A DNA stretch of 46,087 bases from an uncultured Halanaerobiales bacterium (GTDB lineage Bacteria > Bacillota > Halanaerobiia > Halanaerobiales > M55B127): contig CAZXRH010000003.1 in NCBI GenBank assembly GCA_964642575.1, forward strand, positions 1 through 46,087. Reading direction: 5' to 3'. The notes beneath the pieces are model-generated. The model did not search any database. It worked only from the letters and a program-made list of their open reading frames with translations, and was not told the origin of the DNA. The position numbers and the translations under genes are program-made. Positions 18,245 through 25,497 of this stretch are shown one piece after another; positions within the stretch are counted from its first letter, which is position 1; every line of letters begins with the position of its first letter.

Positions 18245-19309
18245 ATGAAAAAGAAAATATTTATGTATATTGTATTGGCTGGTATAATCTTATTATTAGG
18301 GGTTTCATTAATGCCAGGTAGAACAGAACCTATATTAGATGCAAGTGGAAATAAAAAACAGGATTCAATAGCTACAATGGAAAAAATAAAGTTAGGTGGA
18401 GTAGATCAGTGGATTGTGATGAGAGGACATGATATCAATAATCCCATTATCCTATTATTATCCGGTGGGCCTGGGGGTACAGAAATGGGAAGGTTTTTGA
18501 AATTTAATAAGAAACTAGAAGAAGATTTTTTAGTTGTTAACTGGGAACAGAGAGGCTGTGGAAAAACTTATCCAGCAATTAATAATGAAGAGGATATGGA
18601 ATTAGATCAATATATAGAAGATATTAATGAGCTAACCAATTATTTAAAAGCTAAGTATAATAAGGACAAGATATATTTATTAGGTCATTCATGGGGTACA
18701 ATCATCGGTACTTTAGCTGCTCAAAAATACCCCGAACAGTTCCATGCTTATATTGGAGCGGCTCAAATGGTCAACATTCAAAAAAGCGACCAATATATTT
18801 ATGACCTTGTATTAAAAGGTGCTGAAAACAACAATGATGAAAAATTAGTTAAGACATTAAAAGAGAATGGTAGGCCTCCTTACTATAATGAAAAAGTGCT
18901 TAGTACTTATAGACCAGTAATGACAAACTATAGAAAGTATTATAGACTTGATAATCCTTATCAAGAGCCTAATCCAGGTTGGTATAATCCTTTAAGTATT
19001 CTTTGGATTCCTGAATATAACTTAATGGATAAAATTAGAGTCTTTAGAGGTATGGTAGATACCTTTAATATCATGTATCCACAGATACATCATATTAATT
19101 TTGTGAAACAGGCTACCGAGTTCAAAATTCCTGTATACTATATGATCGGTGAACATGACTACACTGCCCAACTGATAGAAGAGTATTTTAATAAAATTGA
19201 TGCTCCCAGCAAGAATCTATATTGGTTTGAAAATTCAGGACATGGTGAGATCTGGTCAGAACCTGATAAGTTTCACCAACTGATGAGAGAAGAAGTATTA
19301 ATAAATTAA
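18245..19309 (+). CDS. Membrane-anchored or secreted alpha/beta hydrolase (proline iminopeptidase-like)
   Basis: Oxyanion region LLLSGGPGG and nucleophile elbow GHSWG. C-terminal His region (NSGHGEIW). ATG 18245 after AAAGGTGGAG. Confidence 0.8.
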   Translation: MKKKIFMYIVLAGIILLLGVSLMPGRTEPILDASGNKKQDSIATMEKIKLGGVDQWIVMRGHDINNPIILLLSGGPGGTEMGRFLKFNKKLEEDFLVVNWEQRGCGKTYPAINNEEDMELDQYIEDINELTNYLKAKYNKDKIYLLGHSWGTIIGTLAAQKYPEQFHAYIGAAQMVNIQKSDQYIYDLVLKGAENNNDEKLVKTLKENGRPPYYNEKVLSTYRPVMTNYRKYYRLDNPYQEPNPGWYNPLSILWIPEYNLMDKIRVFRGMVDTFNIMYPQIHHINFVKQATEFKIPVYYMIGEHDYTAQLIEEYFNKIDAPSKNLYWFENSGHGEIWSEPDKFHQLMREEVLIN

Positions 19310-19321
19310 GATAATATTAAA

Positions 19322-19345
19322 AAAGGGTGGTTTTTACCACCCTTT
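19322..19345. terminator. Bidirectional terminator between convergent genes
   Basis: AAAGGGTGG / CCACCCTTT perfect stem with a TTTTTA loop. Confidence 0.8.
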
Positions 19346-19361
19346 AATTAATTTAGTTATT

Positions 19362-20135
19362 TTACTTTTTTAAAATGGTTTCAATTTCAAATATATAAGG
19401 CCAGTATTTTCCTGTTACAAATAAACGTTCCTCTTTTTGATCATAGGCAATCCCATTTAAAACATTTAACTCATAGTCATAATTATCGGGATTGATTATT
19501 CCTTTTAAATCTATTACGGCTGTAATATTACCAGTGGAAGGGTCAATGATTACTATATAGTCATCCTGCCAGATATTAGCATAAATTTTATTTTTGATAT
19601 ATTCTAATTCATTAATGTTTTTAATAGGTTTACCATTAAGAGTTACTTCAATTTCCTTTATTACTCTAAAACTATTAGGATCTAAAAATCTAATTATACT
19701 AGTTCCATTACTCATTATTAAGTTTTGATTATTATCTGTTAGTCCCCAACAGTTAAAAGGAAAAGGGGTTTGTTTTAGAAGTTCAATATCTTTATTATAA
19801 ATAAACATAGTTTTAGATTTCCAGGTAGATTGATATATCTTATTATTTAATAATGTAATACCTTCTCCAAAGTAAAGAACAGAGAGTTCATTTTTTTTAA
19901 TAATTTCACCACTAATCAGGTGATATTTTCTCATATCAGATTCACCGTGTTTACCGGTACCTTCATACATGATACCGTCTTCATAATATAGACCTTGGGT
20001 AAAGGCACCCTTATCATGAGGGTATTTATTAACTATTTCATAGCTATATTGTTTGATTGAATCAGCTGAAACCTTCACAGAAATTGATATTATACATATT
20101 AATATTATTAGATAAATTAGAAATGAGCTTTTCAT
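19362..20135 (-). CDS. Glutaminyl-peptide cyclotransferase (beta-propeller, plant/bacterial type), secreted
   Basis: YPHDKGAFTQGL ... YEGTGKHGES motif typical of the glutamine cyclotransferase family. ATG 20135 gives a clean signal peptide (MKSSFLIYLIILICIISISVKVSA). Confidence 0.75.
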   Translation of the reverse strand: MKSSFLIYLIILICIISISVKVSADSIKQYSYEIVNKYPHDKGAFTQGLYYEDGIMYEGTGKHGESDMRKYHLISGEIIKKNELSVLYFGEGITLLNNKIYQSTWKSKTMFIYNKDIELLKQTPFPFNCWGLTDNNQNLIMSNGTSIIRFLDPNSFRVIKEIEVTLNGKPIKNINELEYIKNKIYANIWQDDYIVIIDPSTGNITAVIDLKGIINPDNYDYELNVLNGIAYDQKEERLFVTGKYWPYIFEIETILKK

Positions 20136-20285
20136 TAGTACAACCCCCATTTTTATTCAAACAAAATATATTGACTTTTTATCTTTAATAGTTTTCTATT
20201 TATATATTACAGTATTGTGCCTAAAAATTAAAGTAAAAAAGTATATCATCTTTAATTTAACAATAACTGGGATATCAAGAAATTC

Positions 20286-20306
20286 AATCAATAATTGTTA
20301 TTGATT
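20286..20306. promoter_or_regulatory. 21-bp perfect palindrome, candidate Zur/Fur-family operator of zupT
   Basis: AATCAATAA-TTG-TTATTGATT. Its right arm coincides with the -35 hexamer of the candidate zupT promoter. Confidence 0.55.
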
Positions 20307-20329
20307 ATTAAGATAATATTTATTATACT
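20301..20329 (+). promoter_or_regulatory. Candidate sigma-A promoter of zupT
   Basis: TTGATT, 17 nt spacer, TATACT. Confidence 0.5.
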
Positions 20330-20387
20330 TATGTTAACAATCAACTTAAGAGTGACAGAATTGGATTTGAAATGGTGGTGATGTAAT

Positions 20388-21197
20388 ATTAATAATGTAG
20401 CTATTGCGTTTCTTTTAACTTTAGGTGCAGGACTTGCAACAGGAATCGGTAGTTTTTTAGCCTTTTTCTCAAAAAAAACTAATACTTCTTTTTTATCAAT
20501 ATCTTTAGGCTTTTCAGCCGGGGTTATGATTTATGTATCATTTGTTGAAATTTTAGCGAAAGCCCAGGAATCACTTATGAGTTATTATGGAAACTCTTTT
20601 GGAGAATGGGTGACAGCAGCTTCATTTTTTGGAGGGATTTTATTAATAGGTCTTATAGATAGATTAGTACCCGAGTATGAGAATCCCCATGAACCTAGAT
20701 CTAGAGAAAATTTAAAACAGATTAAAGAGGAAACCCCAGATAACACTTTAGAATTAAAAAGAATGGGGCTTTTCTCAGCCTTAGCGATTGCGATACACAA
20801 CTTTCCAGAAGGTTTAGCTACTTTTGCTTCTGCACTTTCTGATCCAGCTTTGGGTCTATCAATTGCGATTGCAATTGCAATTCATAATATTCCAGAAGGT
20901 ATTTCAGTATCAGTACCCCTCTATTATGCTACCGGAAGTAAAAGGAAAGCTTTTTTATATTCTTTTTTATCAGGAACTTCAGAACCAATAGGTGCAGTTA
21001 TTGGATACTTTATCTTTAGAACATTTTTTAATGATCTAATATTTGGTATCCTTTTTGGTGGTGTAGCAGGTATTATGGTCTATATTTCTATTGATGAACT
21101 ATTACCTACTTCCAGAAAATATGGTAAAGAGCATCAGGAAATATACGGGTTTATTGCAGGTATGGCAATTATGTCTTTAAGCCTGCTTTTATTCTAA
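20388..21197 (+). CDS. zupT: ZIP-family zinc transporter ZupT (start codon unresolved)
   Basis: HNFPEG and HNIPEG ZIP signatures. The frame is open from 20382, and nt 20394..20525 encode the conserved first helix ([25 protein letters not shown]) upstream of the first ATG (20526). No ATG/GTG/TTG occurs in that stretch. ATT 20388 lies 6 nt after GGTGGTGA. Confidence 0.7.
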   Translation: MNNVAIAFLLTLGAGLATGIGSFLAFFSKKTNTSFLSISLGFSAGVMIYVSFVEILAKAQESLMSYYGNSFGEWVTAASFFGGILLIGLIDRLVPEYENPHEPRSRENLKQIKEETPDNTLELKRMGLFSALAIAIHNFPEGLATFASALSDPALGLSIAIAIAIHNIPEGISVSVPLYYATGSKRKAFLYSFLSGTSEPIGAVIGYFIFRTFFNDLIFGILFGGVAGIMVYISIDELLPTSRKYGKEHQEIYGFIAGMAIMSLSLLLF

Positions 21198-21228
21198 TAT
21201 ATATAATTAAGCAGGAGGAGATTTCAAA

Positions 21229-22416
21229 ATGAAAAAGAAAATTTTTGTGTTCACCCTGATGTTTGTTCTGTTAATATCTTTGGCAGTTACTGCTAGTGTA
21301 GAACAGGATAAAGAGATGTATCATACTTTATTTACCCAGGCTGAAGAAAACATTGCTGAACTATTTACCGATAATTTCTTAAATCAGGTTTCTGAATCTC
21401 AAGTAATTCAAATTTTAAATACCTATAAAAACAACTTAGGTCAATTACAGGAAGTACAGGAAACAGAAGAGGGTTACAAATTAATCTTTTCAAAGGGAAG
21501 TGTTCCCTCAAAAATCAGTGTTAATACAAATAATAAAATTGCGGGAATATGGTTTGGGAACATGACTTTAGCTGAAGATGACTATGAAAAAATATTAAAT
21601 GAGTTTAAAAATTTAGAAGGTGATATTTCTGTTTATGTAATAAAAGATAATCAGGAAGAAATTATTGCTTTAAATGAGAATGAGAAGATGGCGGTTGGTT
21701 CTTCCTTTAAATTGTATGTATTAAAAGCTTTATATGAACAAATTGAAAGTAGTGAAAAGAGTTGGCAAGATATAATTAAAATTGATAAAGAAAATTTGAG
21801 TTTACCCAGTGGAATCTTACAGAATTGGCCTCTAAATACACCAATGACAGTTAATTCGATGGCAAACTTAATGATTTCACACAGTGATAATACTGCTACA
21901 GATCATTTGATTGATTATATTGGTAGAGACTATTTAGAAAAAATGACTGGTTCTCAAAATACACCTTTCCTTAAGACAATTGAAATGTTTAGATTGAAGT
22001 ACGGACTAAGCTCACAAGAGCAAAATGATTATATAGAGGGCGACCTTGAATCTAAAAGAACTGTATTAAAAGAGATAAAAGATATCCAAATTAGTGGTAA
22101 GGATATAATTTCTGAACCCACTTTAATTAAAGAAATAGAGTGGTTTTTTTCTACTAAAGAACTTTCTAATACCATTTATCAATTACGTGAATCAGAAGAA
22201 ATACAGATTAATCCTGGTTTAGCCAATAAAAGTGATTGGTATAAAGTGGGATACAAAGGTGGTTCAGAAGCCGGTGTTTTACAATATACCCATCTTTTAC
22301 AAAAATCATCTGATGGGCCAATTTATGTGGTTTCAGTAACTGGGAATAGTGAAGAAGGGTTAAATACAGATAAAATAACAAACTTAACAGCAAGATTAAT
22401 TTCTACATTAAATTAA
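21229..22416 (+). CDS. Secreted class A beta-lactamase-fold serine hydrolase with an extra N-terminal domain
   Basis: Signal peptide. S-x-x-K (GSSFKLYVL) and SDN (SHSDNTATD). K-G-G (GYKGGSE) in place of KTG. An N-terminal domain of about 130 aa precedes the catalytic domain. Confidence 0.7.
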   Translation: MKKKIFVFTLMFVLLISLAVTASVEQDKEMYHTLFTQAEENIAELFTDNFLNQVSESQVIQILNTYKNNLGQLQEVQETEEGYKLIFSKGSVPSKISVNTNNKIAGIWFGNMTLAEDDYEKILNEFKNLEGDISVYVIKDNQEEIIALNENEKMAVGSSFKLYVLKALYEQIESSEKSWQDIIKIDKENLSLPSGILQNWPLNTPMTVNSMANLMISHSDNTATDHLIDYIGRDYLEKMTGSQNTPFLKTIEMFRLKYGLSSQEQNDYIEGDLESKRTVLKEIKDIQISGKDIISEPTLIKEIEWFFSTKELSNTIYQLRESEEIQINPGLANKSDWYKVGYKGGSEAGVLQYTHLLQKSSDGPIYVVSVTGNSEEGLNTDKITNLTARLISTLN

Positions 22417-22447
22417 AAAAATACAATAATGAATAAGTTTTTCTACT

Positions 22448-22482
22448 AAGTCAGCAGTTTTTATTGCTGACTTTATTTTTTT
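22448..22482 (+). terminator. Rho-independent terminator
   Basis: AAGTCAGCA / TGCTGACTT stem followed by a T-rich tail. Confidence 0.8.
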
Positions 22483-22494
22483 GCATAAAAACTC

Positions 22495-22523
22495 TTGACA
22501 AAAAACCAAAACCATGATAAATT
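22495..22523 (+). promoter_or_regulatory. Candidate extended -10 promoter of flavoprotein operon 1
   Basis: TTGACA, 17 nt spacer, TAAATT with TG at the extended -10 position. An imperfect palindrome ATGAATAACGTTCAT (22535..22549) lies just downstream. Confidence 0.55.
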
Positions 22524-22586
22524 ATATTCAACAAATGAATAACGTTCATCAAATAAATAATATTCAATAAAGCAAGGAGGTATATA

Positions 22587-23159
22587 ATGAATAGTCTAAT
22601 TTTGAATGGATTAACAAAAGAAAGTCCTTATTATCAAAAAATCAAAGATAATTTAATTAAACAATTGGCTGGGAAAAATAATCTTATTAATTGGATAGAT
22701 TTAATTGAAAAAGATATAGAATATTGTAATGGTTGTGGTTATTGTAATATGAAAGAACCAGGCATATGTGCTAAAAATGATGATATGAAAGAAATTTTTC
22801 CTTTAATGGCTAATGCAGAAGTTTTAATTTTTATAAGCCCCATTAGTTTTGGATGTTATAATTCTCAACTTAAAAAAGCTGTGGATAGATATAGTGTAAT
22901 GGGTTTACCGACTTATACTGTATATAAAGGTGAATTGCACCATCCAGCTAGGTATAATAATCCTAATTATTTTATGTCAATAGGGATCCTAGATCAGTCC
23001 AACAAGGATATGGAGCAGACATTTAAATTAGTATCAAATCGAAATGCTACTTGTTTTTTTGCAGATAAGCATGAAACATTAATCTTTAATGATTCTATAC
23101 AGGAAAATGAAATTCAAAATCAAATTACAAACGGAATAAAATATTTGGGGGTGAAGTAA
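22587..23159 (+). CDS. Flavodoxin-fold protein with an iron-sulfur-flavoprotein-type Cys motif (cassette subunit A, copy 1)
   Basis: C-x2-C-x2-C-x7-C (CNGCGYCNMKEPGIC). The N-terminus MNSLILNGLTKESPY lacks the GSPRxxS/T FMN-phosphate loop. Paralogue of 37282..37857. Confidence 0.7.
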   Translation: MNSLILNGLTKESPYYQKIKDNLIKQLAGKNNLINWIDLIEKDIEYCNGCGYCNMKEPGICAKNDDMKEIFPLMANAEVLIFISPISFGCYNSQLKKAVDRYSVMGLPTYTVYKGELHHPARYNNPNYFMSIGILDQSNKDMEQTFKLVSNRNATCFFADKHETLIFNDSIQENEIQNQITNGIKYLGVK

Positions 23160-23162
23160 ATC

Positions 23163-23852
23163 TTGAAGATAAAAAAAGTAACTGCATTATTAGGTAGTAC
23201 AAGAGGTCAAAACACTGTTACTGAATCTATTGCTGATTATTTAAAGCAAGAATTTAAAAATTATGAAACAAATTTAATTAAGTATAGGGCTCATCAAATT
23301 TTTCAAGATGACAAAGTAATTAATGCGTTTATTGAAGATTTGAAAGATAGTGAAATATTTGTAATTGTTTCACCTGTTTATGTTCATTCTCTTCCTTATC
23401 CAGTCATTCGTGTAATGGAAAGACTTGAAGGTTTAACTAACAAGAAATTTTGGAAAGAAAAATTTATGGCTGCTGTTATACATAATGGCTATCCGAAGGA
23501 AATACAGCGTAAAAGTTCTAAAGAAATCTGCCATAATTTTTCAAAAGAGATAGGCAGTAATTGGTTAGGAGCTATAGGTTTTGGAGGAAGCCCGCTTATT
23601 GATGGTAAACCACTAGAAGATGTTGGATGGTTTACTAAAAACATGAGAAAGAGTTTAGATGAATTTTGTAAAGATATTTTCAATCAAAATAAATTAAGTT
23701 CAAGTACAAAAAAGTATGAAAAAAAACACTTCCCACCTATACCTCTTTTTATTTTAAAATTTATGATGAATATATTAAATAAAAAGCAAGCAAAGGAAAA
23801 AGGTATCGATTTATATGCAAAACCCTATCAAAAAAATGAGGAGGAAATTTAA
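23163..23852 (+). CDS. Flavodoxin-fold NAD(P)H-dependent FMN reductase-like protein (cassette subunit B, copy 1)
   Basis: N-terminal loop LLGSTRGQNTVTES, the SPVYVHSLP motif, and no Cys cluster. TTG start 3 nt after the upstream stop. Paralogue of 37854..38498. Confidence 0.65.
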   Translation: MKIKKVTALLGSTRGQNTVTESIADYLKQEFKNYETNLIKYRAHQIFQDDKVINAFIEDLKDSEIFVIVSPVYVHSLPYPVIRVMERLEGLTNKKFWKEKFMAAVIHNGYPKEIQRKSSKEICHNFSKEIGSNWLGAIGFGGSPLIDGKPLEDVGWFTKNMRKSLDEFCKDIFNQNKLSSSTKKYEKKHFPPIPLFILKFMMNILNKKQAKEKGIDLYAKPYQKNEEEI

Positions 23853-24239
23853 ATGGGCAAACTAATAAAAATTGGATTGATAGTTGTGGTAATAATTATG
23901 GTGGTATTAGGAGGAATGTTATTTTTTGGAACACGTGGTTTAGAATCTGGAAAAGCTTTAGTTATTAATGATATAAACTTACAGGAAATAGATGATGGTA
24001 TATATAATGGTGTATATAATGCAGGTAGGTGGAGTAATCAGGTTAAAGTTGAGATTAAAGGTCACAGGATAATAAATATTGAGATTGTAGATGATATTAT
24101 GCTTTCACAATCAGAGGTCAGAGATTCAGTATTTAATAGTGTAATAGAAAGACAGAATTTAGATATTGATATAATCTCAGAAGCTACAGTTACTTCAAAA
24201 GCCTATCTGAAATCTATAGAAATTGCCTTAACTGATTAA
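23853..24239 (+). CDS. Membrane-anchored FMN_bind-domain protein
   Basis: N-terminal TM helix (IGLIVVVIIMVVLGGMLFFG). C-terminal DIISEATVTSKAY resembles the FMN_bind D-x-x-S-G-A-T flavinylation motif. The ATG abuts the upstream stop (TAAATG). Confidence 0.65.
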   Translation: MGKLIKIGLIVVVIIMVVLGGMLFFGTRGLESGKALVINDINLQEIDDGIYNGVYNAGRWSNQVKVEIKGHRIINIEIVDDIMLSQSEVRDSVFNSVIERQNLDIDIISEATVTSKAYLKSIEIALTD

Positions 24240-24276
24240 AAGATATATAAGATTATGAAAACAAGGGTGGGATAAA

Positions 24277-24867
24277 ATGGATAAAAAAACAATCCAAGAA
24301 AAAAGAAAACGAGGATACTTCATAGAAGCTGCCAAAAAAATTATTAGAGAAGAAGGAACTCAAAAATTAACAGTAAAAAAAGTGGCAGATCGAGCAGGTT
24401 TTGCTCCTGGTACTTTATATAATTATTTTTCTGATTTAAATGCACTTTATGGTTATTGTGTAGCTGACTTTTGGAAAGAATGTGAAGAAGAAGTGATTAA
24501 TAATATAAGTAAAGAGGAAAATTCAGTAGAAAAAATTATTAAAGCATGTAAGGCTTATGTAAGTTATTTTTTTGATAATCCAAATGTTTTTAAATTAATA
24601 TTTTTAGAAGATTTCAAAAATGTACCAGAGGAGATAAAAAAAGGGGTATATGATCCTGAAGTAGTAAAGCTATTAGGAAAGTATCTAAAGGAAGCCAGTC
24701 AATCTGAGAGTATTAAAAGTCAAAATGAAGAACAAGTTGAAAGTATTATTGCTAACTATTTACATGGTATTTTGCTGTTTTATATTATGGATAGAGCGGT
24801 AGAAAGCAGAGAACAAATCCAGATCGATTTAAAAAATAATATTGAATTTATTTTACATGCTTCATAA
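24277..24867 (+). CDS. TetR/AcrR family transcriptional regulator
   Basis: N-terminal HTH LTVKKVADRAGFAPGTLYNYF. No terminator separates it from the preceding gene. Confidence 0.85.
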   Translation: MDKKTIQEKRKRGYFIEAAKKIIREEGTQKLTVKKVADRAGFAPGTLYNYFSDLNALYGYCVADFWKECEEEVINNISKEENSVEKIIKACKAYVSYFFDNPNVFKLIFLEDFKNVPEEIKKGVYDPEVVKLLGKYLKEASQSESIKSQNEEQVESIIANYLHGILLFYIMDRAVESREQIQIDLKNNIEFILHAS

Positions 24868-24968
24868 TTCTCTCCCTTCAGGTTAAAAAATTAACACATT
24901 ATTTACTTTATTGTAACAACTCAAACTTAATTTTATGTTAATATTTTTAGTATAAACATTAGGAGGGA

Positions 24969-25400
24969 GTGGAGGGTGTGCAAAAAACAAAAGTTATATT
25001 TCTGTGTACAGGTAATTCAGCTCGCAGTCAGATCGCAGAGGCTTTTTTAAGAAAATATTCAGGAGATCAATTTGAAGCCTATAGTGCTGGTTTAAAAGCA
25101 CAGGGTGTACATAAGTATACCAAACAAGTTATGGAAGAAATAGGGATTGATATCAGTGAGCAGTATTCTAAACCCTTAGACCAATATTTAGGAGAAAGGC
25201 ATTTTGGAATTATTATAACGGTGTGTGAAAAGGTAGAAAAAGAATGTCCAATCTTTCCGGGAGTGAGTACCAGATTATATTGGCCCTTTGATGATCCAAG
25301 AGGTTTTGAAGGTACCAAAGAAGAGAAATTAGAGAAGTTTCGGGAAGTGAGAGACCAGATAGAAAAGAAGATAAAAGAGTTTATTAAAAACAGAAAATAA
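24969..25400 (+). CDS. arsC: Arsenate reductase, thioredoxin-coupled LMW-PTP type
   Basis: CTGNSARS (C-x5-R-S P-loop) plus the Cys pair in TVCEKVEKECP, matching Cys10/82/89 of B. subtilis ArsC. The start could be GTG 24978 rather than GTG 24969. Confidence 0.8.
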   Translation: MEGVQKTKVIFLCTGNSARSQIAEAFLRKYSGDQFEAYSAGLKAQGVHKYTKQVMEEIGIDISEQYSKPLDQYLGERHFGIIITVCEKVEKECPIFPGVSTRLYWPFDDPRGFEGTKEEKLEKFREVRDQIEKKIKEFIKNRK

Positions 25401-25425
25401 ACAATAATATATTTTAAATATAAAA

Positions 25426-25460
25426 AAAGTCCCTAATACTATTTTTAGTAAAGGGACTTT
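25426..25460. terminator. Bidirectional terminator between arsC (+) and the helicase gene (-)
   Basis: AAAGTCCCT / AGGGACTTT stem with an inner TACT/AGTA extension, flanked by A- and T-runs. Confidence 0.75.
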
Positions 25461-25497
25461 TCGCTATTATTAAATAATATATCTTTATATTTAAAAA

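Noticed and set aside
20585-23683. ORFs 20585..20800 (-), 22208..22393 (-) and 23489..23683 (-)
   Set aside because: They are antisense shadows of zupT, the class A-like hydrolase gene and flavoprotein B1.
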